Assembly (NCBI RefSeq): GCF_009914755.1
Contig: NC_060933.1
DNA: 64,000 bases
Reading direction: 5' to 3' (one strand)
Source: the human T2T-CHM13v2.0 reference genome, Homo sapiens
Shown: in pieces, positions 25,906 to 40,319 of the stretch
Layout of the letters: every line of letters begins with the position of its first letter
How positions within the stretch are numbered: the stretch's first letter is position 1
The notes under the pieces: generated by a model
What the model was told of the DNA's origin: nothing
Database searches by the model: none
The model's input: the letters and a program-made list of their open reading frames with translations, nothing else
Made by a program: the position numbers and the translations under genes

Positions 25906-28900
25906 GGAATGGAACGGAATGGAATGCAATGGAATGGAATCATCCGTAATGGAATGGAAAGGAAAGGCATGGAATGGAATGGAATGGAATAGAATGGAAT
26001 GGAATGGAATGGAATCAACTCGATTGCAATCGAATGGAATGGAATGGAATTAACCCGAATAGAATGGAGTAGAATGGAATGGAAAGGAACGGAACGGAAT
26101 GGAATGGAATCGAATGGAATGGAATGCAATGGAATGGAACGGAAAGGAATGGAATGGAATGGAATGGAATGGAATGGAATGGAATGGAATCAACGCGAGT
26201 GCAGGGGAATGGAATGGAATGGAATGCAATGGAATGGAATCCTCCGGAATGGAATGGAATGGAATGGAATGGAATGGAATGCAAAGCAATGGAATCAACT
26301 CGATTGCAATGGAATGGAATGGAATGCAAAGGAATACATTGGAATCAACCCGAGTGGAATGGAATGGAAAGGACTGGAATTGAGTGGAATGGAATGGAAT
26401 GGAATGGAATGGAATCAACTCGATTGGAATGGAATGGAATGGAATGGAATGGAATGGAATGGAATTAACCCGAATAGAATGGAATGGAATGGAATGGAAC
26501 GGAACGGGACGGAATGGAATGGAATGGAAACAACCCGACTGCAGGGGAATGGAATGGAATGGAATGCAATGGAATGGATTCAACTTGAATGGAATGGAAA
26601 GAATGGAATCAACACGAGTGGAATGGCATGGACTGGAATGGAATTGAATGGAATCAACGCGAGTACAAGGGAATGGAATGGAATGGAATGCAATGGAATG
26701 GAATCATCCGTAATGGAATGGAAAGGAATGGAATGGAATGGAATGGAATGGAATGGAATGGAATGGAATGGAATCAACTCGAATGCAATCAAATGGAATG
26801 GAATGGAATTAACCCGAATAGAATGGAATGGAATGGAATGGAACGGAACGGAACGGAATGGAATGGATTGGAATGGAATGGAATGGAATGGAATGGAATG
26901 GAACGGAAAGGAATGGAATGGAATGGAATGGAATGGAATGGAATCAACGCGAGTGCAGGGGAATGGAATGGAATGGAATGCAATGGAATGGAATCTTCCG
27001 GAATGGAATGGAATGGAATGGAATGGAATGGAATAAACCCGAGTGCAATGGAATGGAGTGGAATGGAATTGAATGGAATGGAACAACCCGAATGGAATGG
27101 AATGTAATGGAGACTAAGGGAGTTGAATAGAATCAATCCGAATGTAATGGAATGGAATGGAACGGAATGGAATTGAATGGATTGGAATGGAATGCAATGG
27201 AATGGAATCAACCCGAGTTCAATGGAATGGAGAGGAATGGAATGGAATGGAATGGAAACTACCCGAATAGAATGGAATGTAATGGAGTGTAAGGGAATTG
27301 AATAGAATCAATCCGAATGTAATGGAATGGAATGGAACGGAATGGAATGGAATGGAATGGAATGGAATGGAATGGAATGGAATGCAATGGAATGGAATCA
27401 ACCCGAGTGCAATCGAGTGGAATCGAATGGAATGGAATGCAATGGAATGGATTCAACTTGAATGGAATGGAAAGAATGGAATCAACACGAGTGGAATGGC
27501 ATGGATTGGAATGGAATGGAATGGAATCAACCCGAGTACAGGGGAATGGAATGGAATGGAATGCAATGGAATGGAATCATCCGTAATGGAATGGAAAGGA
27601 ATGGAATGGAATGGAATGGAATGGAATGGAATGGAATGGAATGGAATCAACTCGATTGCAATCGAATGGAATGGAATGGAATTAACCCGAATAGAATGGA
27701 ATGGAATGGAATGGAACGGAACGGAACGGAACGGAACGGAACGGAACGGAGTGGAATGGAATGGAATGGAATTGTATGGAATGGAATGGCATGGTACGGA
27801 ATAGAATGGAATGTAAAGAATTGGAATGGAATGGAATCGAATGGAATGGAATGGAATGGAATGGAATCAACCCGAGTGCAGGGGAATGTAATGGAACGGA
27901 ATGCAATGGAATGGAATCATCCGGAATGGAATGGAATGGAATGGAATGGAATGGAATGGAATGGAATGGAATCAACCCGAGTGCAATGGAATGGAGTGGA
28001 ATGGAATGGAATGGAATGGAACAACCCGAATGGAATGGAATGTAATGGAGAGTAACGGAGTTGAATAGAATCAATCCGAATGTAATGGAATGGAATGGAA
28101 TGGAATGGAATGGAATGGAATGGAATGGAATGCAATGGAATGGAATCAACCCGAGTACAATGGAACGGAGTGGAATGGAATGTAATGTAATGGAATGGAA
28201 TGGAATGGAATGCAATGGAATCAACCCGACTGCAATGGAATGGAGAGGAATGGAATGGAATGGAATGGAAACTACCCGAATGGAATGGAATGTAATGGAG
28301 TGTAAGGGAATTGAATAGAATCAATCCGAATGGAATGGAATGGAATGGAATGGAATGTAATGTAATGGAATGGAATTGAATCAACCCGAGTGCAGGGGAA
28401 TGGAATGGAATGGAATGCAATGGAATGGAATCATCAGGAATGGAATGGAATGGAATGCAATGGAATGGAATGGAATGGAATCAACCCGAGTGCAATGGAA
28501 TGGAGTGAAATGGAATGGAATGGAATGGAAACAACCAGAATGGATTGGAATATAATGGAGTGTAAGGGAATTGAATAGAATCAATCTGAATGTAATGAAA
28601 TGGAATGGAACGGAATGGAATGGAATGGAATGGAATGGAATGGAATGGAATGGAATGGAATCAACCCGAGTGCAATCGAATGGAATCGAATGGAATGGAA
28701 TGCAATGGAGTGGATTCAACTTGAATGGAAAGGAAAGAATGGAATCAACACGAGTGGAATGGCATGGATTGGAATGGAATGGAATGGAATCAACCCGAGT
28801 ACAGGGGAATGGAATGGAATGGAATGCAATGGAATGGAATCATCCGTAATGGAATGGAAAGCAATGGAAAGGACTGGAATGGAATGGAATGGAATGGAAT

Positions 28901-30739
28901 GGAATGGAATGGAATCAAATCGATTGCAATCGAATGGCATGGAATGGAATTAACCCGAATAGAATGGAATGGAATGGAATGGAACGGAACGGAATGGAAT
29001 GGAATGGAATGGAATGGAACGGAAAGGAATGCAATGGAATGGAATGGAATGGAATGGAATCAACGCGAGTGCAGGGGAATGGAATGGAATCGAATGGAAT
29101 GGAAAGGAATGGAATGGAATCAACCCGAGTGCAGGGGAATGTAATGGAACGGAATGCAATGGAATGGAATCATCCGGAATGGAATGGAATGGAATGGAAT
29201 GGAATCAACCCGAGTGCAATGGAATGGAGTGGAATGGAATGGAATGGAATGGAACAACCCGAATGGAATGGAATGTAATGGAGAGTAAGGGAGTTGAAAA
29301 GAATCAATCCGAACGTAATGGAATGGAATGGAATGGAATGGAATGGAATGGAATGGAATGCAATGGAACGGAATCAACCCGAGTACAATGGAATGGAATG
29401 GAATGGAATGGAATGGAATGGAATGGAATGGAATGGAATGGAATGCAATGGAATGGAATCTTCCGGAATGGAATGGAAAGGAATGGAATGGAATGGAATG
29501 GAATGGAATGCAATGGATTCAACTCGATTGCAATGGAATGGAATAGAATGGAATGGAATGGAATGGAATTAAACCGAATAGAATGGAATGGAATGGAATG
29601 GAACGGAACAGAACGGAACGGAACGGAACGGAGTGGAATGGAATGGAATGGAATTGTATGGAATGGAATGGAGTGGTACGGAATAGAATGGATTGGAAAG
29701 AATTGGAATGGAATGGAATTGAATGGAATGGAATGGAATGGAATGGAATGGAATCAACCCGAGTGCAGGGGAATGTAATGGAACGGAATGCAATGGAATG
29801 GAATCATCCGGAATGGAATGGAATGGAATGGAATGGAATGGAATGGAATCAACCCGAGTGCAATGGAATGGAGTGGAATGGAATGGAATGGAATGGAACA
29901 ACCCGAATGGAATGGAATGTAATGGAGAGTAAGGGAGTTGAATAAAATCAATCCGAATGTAATGGAATGGAATGGAACGGAATGGAATTGAATGGAATGG
30001 AATGGAATGCAATGGAATGGAATCAAACCGAGTGCAATGGAATGGAGAGGAATGGAATGGAATGGAATGGAAACTACCCGAATGGAATGGAATGTAATGG
30101 AGTGTAAGGGAATTGTATAGAATCAATCCGAATATAATGGAATGGAATGGAACGGAATGGAATGGAATGGTATGGAATGGAATGGAATGCAATGGAATGG
30201 AATCAACCCGAGTGCAATCGAATGGAATCGAATGGAATGGAATGCAATGGAATGGATTCAACTTGAATGGAATGGAAAGAATGGAATCAACACGAGTGGA
30301 AGGGCATGGATTGGAATGGAATGGAATGGAATCAACACGAGTACAGGGGAATGGAATGGAATGGAATGCAATGGAATGGAATCATCCGTAATGGAATGGA
30401 AAGGAATGGAATGGAATGGAATGGAATAGAATGGAATGGAATGGAATGGAATCAACTCGATTGCAATCGAATGGAATGGGATGGAATTAACCCGAATAGA
30501 ATGGAATGGAATGGAATGGAACGGAACGGAACGGAACGGAATGGAACGGACTGGAATGGAAAGGCATGGAATTGTATGGAATGGAATGGCATGGTACGGA
30601 ATAGAATGGAATGGAAAGAATTGGAATGGAATGTAATCGAATGGAATGGAATGGAATGGAATGGAATCAACCCGAGTGCAGGGGAATGTAATGGAACGGA
30701 ATGCAATGGAATGGAATCATCCGGAATGGAATAGAATGG

Positions 30740-33660
30740 AATGGAATGGAATGGAATGGAATGGAATGGAATCAACCCGAGTGCAATGGAATGGAGTGGA
30801 ATGGAATGGAATGGAATGGAACAACCCGAATGGAATGGAATGGAATGGACAGTAAGGGAGTTGAATAGAATCAATCCGAATGTAATGGAATGGAACGGAA
30901 TGGAATGGAATGGAATGGAATGGAATGGAATGGAATGGAATGCAATGGAATGGAATCAACCCGAGTACAATGGAACGGAATGGAATGGAATGTAATGGAA
31001 TGGAATGGAATGGAATGGAATCAAACCGAGTGCAATGGAATGGAGAGGAATGGAATGGAATGGAATGGAAACTACCCGAATGGAATGGAATGTAATGGAG
31101 TGTAAGGGAAATGAATAGAATCAATCCGAATGGAATGGAATGGAATGGAACGGAATGGAATGGAATGGAATGGAATGGAATCAACCCGAGTGCAGGGGAA
31201 TGGAATTGAATGGAATGCAATGGAATGGAATCATCCGGAATGGAATGGAATGGAATGCAATGGAATGGAATGGAATGGAATCAACCCGAGTGCAATGGAA
31301 TGGAGTGAAATGGAATGGAATGGAATGGAAACAACCAGAATGGATTGGAATATAATGGAGTGTAAGGGAATTGAATAGAATCAATCGAATGTAATGAAAT
31401 GGAATGGAACGGAATGGAATGGAATGGAATGGAATGGAATGCAATGGAATGGAATCAACCCGAGTGCAATCGAATAGAATCGAATGGAATGGAATGCAAT
31501 GGAATGGATTAAACTTGAATGGAAAGGAAAGAATGGAATCAACACGAGTGGAATGGCATGGATTGGAATGGAATGAAATGGAATCAACCCGAGTACAGGG
31601 GAATGGAATGGAATGGAATGCAATGGAATGGAATCATCAGTAATGGAATGGAAAGGAATGGAAAGGACTGGAATGGAATGGAATGGAATGGAATGGAATG
31701 GAATCAAATCGATTGCAATCGAATGGAATGGAATGGAATTAACCCGAATAGAATGGAATGGAATGGAATGGAACGGAACGGAATGGAATAGAATGGAATG
31801 GAATGGAACGGAAAGGAATGGAATGGAATGGAATGGAATGGAATGGAATCAACGCGAGTGCAGGGGAATGGAATGGAATGGAATGGAATGGAATGGAATG
31901 GAATGGAATGGAATCAACCCGAGTGCAGGGGAATGTAATGGAACGGAATGCAATGGAATGGAATCATCCGGAATGGAATGGAATGGAATGGAATGGAATC
32001 AACCCGAGTGCAATGGAAAGGAGTGGAAAGGAATGGAATGGAATGGAACAACCCGAATGGAATGGAATGTAATGGAGAGTAAGGGAGTTGAAAAGAATCA
32101 ATCCGAATGTAATGGAATGGAATGGAACGGAATGGAATGGAATGGAATGGAATGGAATGGAATGGAATGGAATCAACCCGAGTACAATGGAATGGAATGG
32201 AATGGAATGGAATGGAATGGAATGGAATGGAATGGAATCAACCCGAGTGCAATGGAATGGAGTGGAATGGAATGGAATGGAATGGAACAACCCGAATGGA
32301 ATGGAATGGAATGGACAGTAAGGGAGTTGAATAGAATCAATCCGAGTGTAATGGAATGGAACGGAATGGAATGGAATGGAATGGAATGGAATGGAATGGA
32401 ATGGAATGCAATGGAATGGAATCAACCCGAGTACAATGGAACGGAATGGAATGGAATGTAATGGAATGGAATGGAATGGAATGGAATCAAACCGAGTGCA
32501 ATGGAATGGAGAGGAATGGAATGGAATGGAATGGAAACTACCCGAATGGAATGGAATGTAATGGAGTGTAAGGGAAATGAATAGAATCAATCCGAATGGA
32601 ATGGAATGGAATGGAACGGAATGGAATGGAATGGAATGGAATGGAATCAACCCGAGTGCAGGGGAATGGAATTGAATGGAATGCAATGGAACGGAATCAT
32701 CCGGAATGGAATGGAATGGAATGCAATGGAATGGAATGGAATGGAATCAACCCGAGTGCAATGGAATGGAGTGAAATGGAATGGAATGGAATGGAAACAA
32801 CCAGAATGGATTGGAATATAATGGAGTGTAAGGGAATTGAATAGAATCAATCGAATGTAATGAAATGGAATGGAACGGAATGGAATGGAATGGAATGGAA
32901 TGGAATGCAATGGAATGGAATCAACCCGAGTGCAATCGAATGGAATCGAATGGAATGGAATGCAATGGAATGGATTAAACTTGAATGGAAAGGAAAGAAT
33001 GGAATCAACACGAGTGGAATGGCATGGATTGGAATGGAATGAAATGGAATCAACCCGAGTACAGGGGAATGGAATGGAATGGAATGCAATGGAATGGAAT
33101 CATCAGTAATGGAATGGAAAGGAATGGAAAGGACTGGAATGGAATGGAATGGAATGGAATGGAATGGAATCAAATCGATTGCAATCGAATGGAATGGAAT
33201 GGAATTAACCCGAATAGAATGGAATGGAATGGAATGGAACGGAACGGAATGGAATAGAATGGAATGGAATGGAAGGGAAAGGAATGGAATGGAATGGAAT
33301 GGAATGGAATGGAATCAACGCGAGTGCAGGGGAATGGAATGGAATGGAATGGAATGGAATGGAATGGAATGGAACCAACCCGAGTGCAGGGGAATGTAAT
33401 GGAACGGAATGCAATGGAATGGAATCATCCGGAATGGAATGGAATGGAATGGAATGGAATCAACCCGAGTGCAATGGAAAGGAGTGGAATGGAATGGAAT
33501 GGAATGGAACAACCCGAATGGAATGGAATGTAATGGAGAGTAAGGGAGTTGAAAAGAATCAATCCGAATGTAATGGAATGGAATGGAACGGAATCGAATG
33601 GAATGGAATGGAATGGAATGGAATGGAATGGAATGCAATGGAATGGAATCAACCCGAGTA
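30740..33660 (+). repeat. Tandem duplication of a 1466-bp unit
   Basis: Identical or near-identical ORFs offset by exactly 1466 (30890/32356, 31130/32596, 31519/32985). Shared private variants: GGACAGTAAGGG, the 1-bp deletion TCAATCGAATGT (31381/32847), GATTAAACTTG, CATCAGTAAT. Confidence 0.9.
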
Positions 33661-36600
33661 CAAAGGAATGGAATGGAATGGAATGGAATGGAATGGAATG
33701 GAATGGAATGCAACGGAATGGATTCTTCCGGAATGGAATGGAAAGGAATGGAATGGAATGGAATGGAATGGAATGGAATGCAATGGATTCAACTCTATTG
33801 CAATGGAATGGAATAGAATGGAATGGAATGGAATGGAACGGAATGGAATTAAACGGAATAGAATGGAATGGAATGGAATGGAACGGAACAGAACGGAACG
33901 GAACGGAACGGTGTGGAATGGAATGGAATGGAATTGTATGGAATGGAATGGAATGGTACGGAAAAGAATGGAATGGAAAGAATTGGAATGGAATGGAATG
34001 GAATGGAATGGAATGGAATGGAATCAACCCGAGTGCAGGGGAATGTAATGGAACGGAATGCAATGGAATGGAATCATCCGGAATGGAATGGAATGGAATG
34101 GAATGGAATGGAATGGAATGGAATCAACCCGAGCGCAATGGAATGGAGTGGAATGGATTGGAATGCAATGGAACAACCCGAATGGAATGGAATGTAATGG
34201 AGAGTAAGGGAGTTGAATAGAATCAATCCGAATGGAATGGAATGGAATGGAATGGAAAGGAATGGAATGGAATGGAATGCAATGGAATGGAATCAACCCG
34301 AGTGCAATGGAATGGAGTGGAATGGAATGGAATGGAATGGAACAACCCGAATGGAATGGAATGTAATGGAAAGTAAAGGAGCTGAAAAGAATCAATCCGA
34401 AAGTAATGGAATGGAATGGAACGGAATGGAATGGAATGGAATGGAATGGAATGGAATGGAATGGAAAGCAATGGAATGGAATCAACCCGAGTACAATGGA
34501 ATGGAATGGAATGGAATGGAATGGAATGGAATCAACGCGAGTGCAGGGGAATGCAATGGAATGGAATGGAATGGAACGGAATCTTCCGGAATGGAATGGA
34601 ATGGAATGGAATGGAATGGAATGGAATGGAATGCAATGGATTCAACACGATTGCAATGGAATGGAATAGAATGGAATGGAATGGAATGGAATGGAATGGA
34701 ATGGAATCAACGCGAGCGCAGGGGAATGGAATGGAATGGAATGCAATGGAATGGAATCTTCCGGAATGGAATGGAATGGAATGGAATGTAATGCAATGGA
34801 TTCAACTCGATTGCAATGGAATGGAATAGAATTGAATGGAATGGAATGGAATGGAACGGAATGGAACGGAACGGAACGGAGTGGAATGGAAAGGAATGGA
34901 ATTGTATGGAATGGAATGGCATGGTACGGAATAGAATGGAATGGAAAGAATTGGAATGGAATGGAATCGAATGGAATGGAATGGAATGGAATGGAATCAA
35001 CCCGAGTGCAGGGGAATGTAATGGAACGGAATGCAATGGAATGGAATCATCCGGAATTGAATGGAATGGAATGGAATGGAATGGAATGGAATCAACCCGA
35101 GTGCAATGGAATGGAGTGGAATGGAATGGAATGGAATGGAACAACACGAATGGAATGGAATGTAATGGAGAGTAAGGGAGTTGAATAGAATCAATCCGAA
35201 TGTAATGGAATGGAATGGAATGGAATGGAATGGAATGGCATGGAATGGAATGGAATGCAATGGAATGGAATCAACCCGAGTACAATGGAACGGAATGGAA
35301 TGCAAGGTAATGTAATGGAATGGAATGGAATGGAACGGAATGAAATGGAATCAACCAGAGTGCAATGGAATGGAGAGGAATGGAATGGAATGGAATGGAA
35401 ACTACCTGAATGGAATGGAATGTAATGGAGTGTAAGGGAATTGAATAGAATCAATCCGAATGGAATGGAATGGAATGGAATGGAACGGAATGTAGTGGAA
35501 TGGAATGGAATGGAATCAACCCGAGTGCAGGGAAATGGAATGGAATGGAATGCAATGGAATGGAATCATCCGGAATGGAATGGATTGGAATGCAATGGAA
35601 TGGAATGGAATGGAATTAACCCGAGTGCAATGGAATGGAGTGAAATGGAATGGAATGGAATGGAAACAACCAGAATGGATTGGAATATAATGGAGTGTAA
35701 GGGAATTGAATAGAATAAACCTGAATGTAATGAAATGGAATGGAACGGAATGGAATGCAATGGAATGGAATGGAATGGAATGGAATGCAATGGAATGGAA
35801 TCAACCCGAGTGCAATCGAATGGAATCGAATGGAATGGAATGCAATGGAAAGGATTCAACTTGAATGGAATGGAAAAAATGGAATCAACACGAGTGGAAT
35901 GGCATGGATTGGAATGGAATGGAATGGAATCAACCCGAGAACAGGGGAATGGAATGGAATGGAATGCAATGGAATGGAATCATCCGTAATGGAATGGAAA
36001 GGAATGGAATGGAATGGAATGGAATGGAATCAACTCGATTGCAATCGAATGGAATGGAATGGAATTAACAGAATAGAATGGAATGGAATGGAATGGAACG
36101 GAACGGAATGGAATGGAATGGAATGGAATGGAATGGAATGGAATGGAACGGAAAGGAAGGGAATGGAATGGAATAGAATGGAATGGAATGGAATCAACGC
36201 GAGTGCAGGGGAATGGAATGGAATGGAATGCAATGGAATGGAATCTTCCGGAATGGAATGGAATGGAATGGAATGGAATGGAATGGAATCAACCCGAGTG
36301 CAATGGAATGGAGTGGAATGGAATGGAATGGAATGGAACAACCCGAATGGAATGGAATGTAATGGAGAGTAAGGGAGTTGAATAGAATCAATCAGAATGT
36401 AATGGAATAGAATGGAACGGAATGGAATTGAATGGAATGGAATGGAATGCAATGGAATGGAATCAACCCGAGTGCAATGGAACGGAGAGGAATGGAATGG
36501 AATGGAATGGAAACTACCCGAATGGAATGGAATGGAATGGAGTGTAAGGGAATTGAATAGAATCAATCCGAATGTAATGGAATGGAATGGAACGGAATGG

Positions 36601-39600
36601 AATGGAATGGAATGGAATGGAATGTAATGGAATGCAATGGAATGGAATCAACCCGAGTGCAATCGAATTGAATCGAATGGAATGGAATGCAATGGAATGG
36701 ATTCAACTTGAATGGAATGGAAAGAATGGAATCAACACGAGTGGAATGGCATGGATTGGAATGGAATGGAATGGAATCAACCCGAGTACAGGGGAATGGA
36801 ATGGAATGGAATGCAATGGAATGGAATCATCCGTAATGGAATGGAAAGGAATGGAATGGAATGGAATGGAATGGAATGGAATGGAATCAACTCGATTGCA
36901 ATCGAATGGAATGGAATGGAATTAACCCGAATAGAATGGAATGGAATGGAATGGAACGGAACGGAATGGAATGGAATGGAATGGAATGGAATGGAATGGA
37001 ATGGAACGGAACGGAACGGAATGGAATGGAATGGAATCAACGCGAGTGCAGGGGAATGGAATGGAATGGAATGCAATGGAATGGAATCTTCCGGAATGGA
37101 ATGGAATGGAATGGAATGGAATGAAATGCAATGGATTCAACTCGATTGCAATGGAATGGAATAGAATGGAATGGATTTGAATTGAATGGAATTAACCCGA
37201 ATAGAATGGAATGGAATGGAATGGAACGGAATGGAACGGAATGGAATGGAATGGAATGGAACAGAATGGAATGGAATGGTATGGAATGGAATGGAATGGT
37301 ACGGAATAGAATGGAATGGAACGAATTGTAATGGAATGGAATTGAAGGGAATGGAATGGAATGGAATCAACGCGAGTGCAGGGGAATGTAATGGAACGGA
37401 ATGCAATGGAATGGAATCATCCGGAATGGAGTGGAATGGAATGGAAGGGAATGGAATGGAATCAACCCGAGTTCAATGGAATGGAGTGGAATGGAATGGA
37501 ATGGAATGGAACAACCCGAATGGAATGGAATGTAATGGAGAGTAAGGGAGTTGAATAGAATCAATCCGAATGTAATGGAATGGAATGGAATGCAATGGAA
37601 TGGAATCAACCCAAGTGCAATGGAATGGAGAGGAATGGAATGGAATGGAATGGAAACTACCCGAATGGAATGGAATGTAATGGAGTGTAAGGTAATTGAA
37701 TAGAATCAATCCGAATGTAATGGAATGGAATGGAACGGAATGGAATGGAATGGAATGGAATGGAATGGAATGGAATGGAATGGAATTGAATGGAATGCAA
37801 TGGAATGGAATCAACCCAAGCGCAATCGAATGGAATCGAATGGAATGGAATGCAATGGAATGGATTCAACTTGAATGGAATGGAAAGAATGGAATCAACA
37901 CGAGTGGAATGGCATGGATTGGAATGGAATGGAATGGAATCAACCCGAGTACAGGGGAATGGAATGGAATGGAATGCAATGGAATGGAATCATCCGTAAT
38001 GGAATGGAAAGGAATGAAATGGAATGGAATGTAATAGAATGGAATGGAATCAACTCGATTGCAATCGAATGGAATGGAATGGAATTAACCCGAATAGAAT
38101 GGAATGGAATGGAATGGAATGGAACGGAACGGAATGGAATGGAATGGAATGGAATGGAACGGAATGGAACGGAATGGAATGGAATGGAATGGAATCAACG
38201 CGAGTGCAGGGGAATGGAATGGAATGGAATGCAATGGAATGGAATCTTCCGGAATGGAATGGAATGGAATGGAATGGAATGGAATGAAATGCAATGGATT
38301 CAAATCAATTGCAATGGAATGGAATAGAATGGAATGGAATGGAATGGAATGGAATGGAATTAATTCGAATAGAATGGAATGGAATGGAATGGAACGGAAT
38401 GGAACGGAATGGAATGGAATGCAATGGAATGGAATGGTATGGAATGGAATTGAATGGTACGGAATAGAATGGAATGGAACGAATTGTAATGGAATGGAAT
38501 GGAATGGAATGGAATGGAATGGAATCAACGCGAGTGCAGGGGAATGTAATGGAACGGAATGCAATGGAATGGAATCATCCGGAATGGAATGGAATGGAAT
38601 GGAATGGAATGGAATCAACCCGAGTGCAATGGAATGGAGTGGAATGGAATGGAATGGAATGGAACAACCCGAATGGAATGGAATGGAATGGAGAGTAAGG
38701 GAGTTGAATAGAATCAATCCGAATGTAATGGAATGGAATGCAACGGAATGGAATGGAATGGAATGGAATGGAATGGAATGAAATGGAATTGAATCAACCC
38801 GAGTACAATGGAATGGAATGGAATGGAATGGAATGGAATGGAATGGAATGGAATGGAATGATACGGAATAGAATGGAATGGAACGAAATGGAATGGAATG
38901 GAATGGAATGGAATAGTTCCGAGTGGAATAGGAGGGAATGTATTCGAGTGGAATGGAAAGGAATGGAATCAACCAGAGTGGAATGGAAGGGAATGGAATG
39001 GAATGGAAACTAATAGAATGGAATCAACCCGAGAAGAATGGAATGGAAAGGACTGGAATGGAATGGAATGGAATGGAATCAACTCGATTGTAATGGAATG
39101 GAATGGAATGTAATGAAATGGAATGGAATTAACCCGAATACAATGCAATGGAATGGAATGGAACGGAATGGAGTGGAATGGAATGGAATCAACCCGAGTG
39201 CAGGGGAATGGAATGGAATGGAATGCAATGGAATGGAATCATCCGGAATGGAATGGAATGGAATGGAATGCAAAGCAATGGAATCAACTCGATTGCAATG
39301 GAATGGAATGGAATGGAAAAAAAAACATTGGAATCAACCCGAGTGGAATGGAATGGAAAGGACTGGAATGGAGTGGAATGGAATGGAATGGAATGGAATT
39401 GAATCAACTCGATTGGAATGGAATGGAATGGAATGGAATTAACCCGAATAGAATGGAATGGAATGGAATGGAACGGAACGGAATGGAATGGAATGGAATG
39501 GAATGGAATGGAATGGGATGGAAACAACCCGACTGCAGGGGATTGGAATGGAATGGAATGCAATGGAATGGATTCAACTTGAATGGAATGGAAAGAATGG

Positions 39601-40319
39601 AATCAACACGAGTGGAATGGCATGGATTGGAATGGAATGGAATGGAATCAACCCGAGTACAGGGGAATGGAATGGAATGGAATGCAATGGAATGCAATCA
39701 TCCGTAATGGAATGGAAAGGAATGGAATGGAATGGAATGGAATGGAATGGAATCAACTCGATTGCAATCGAATGGAATGGAATGGAATTAACCCGAATAC
39801 AATGGAATGGAATGGAATGGAACGGAACGGAATGGAATGGAATGGAATGGAATGGAATGGAACGGAACGGAATGGAATGGAATGGAATGGAATGGAATCA
39901 ACGCGAGTGCAGGGGCATGGAATGGAATGGAATGCAATGGAATGGAATCTTCCGGAATGGAATGGAATGGAATGGAATGGAATGAAATGCAATGGATTCA
40001 ACTCAATTGCAATGGAATGGAATAGAATGGAATGGAATGGAATGGAATGGAATGGAATTAATTCGAATAGAATGGAATGGAATGGAATGGAACGGAATGT
40101 AACGGAATGGAATGGAATGAAATGGAATGGAATGGTATGGAATGGAATTGAATGGTACCGAATAGAATGGAATGGAACGAATTGTAATGGAATGGAATGG
40201 AATGGAATGGAATGGAATGGAATCAACGCGAGTGCAGGGGAATGTAATGGAACGGAATGCAATGGAATGGAATCATCCGGAATGGAATGGAATGGAATGG
40301 AATGGAATGGAATGGAATC

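Noticed and set aside
39317-39325. A9 tract as a retrotransposon poly(A) tail
   Set aside because: There is no length gain, target-site duplication or element body. It replaces 9 nt of a standard word.
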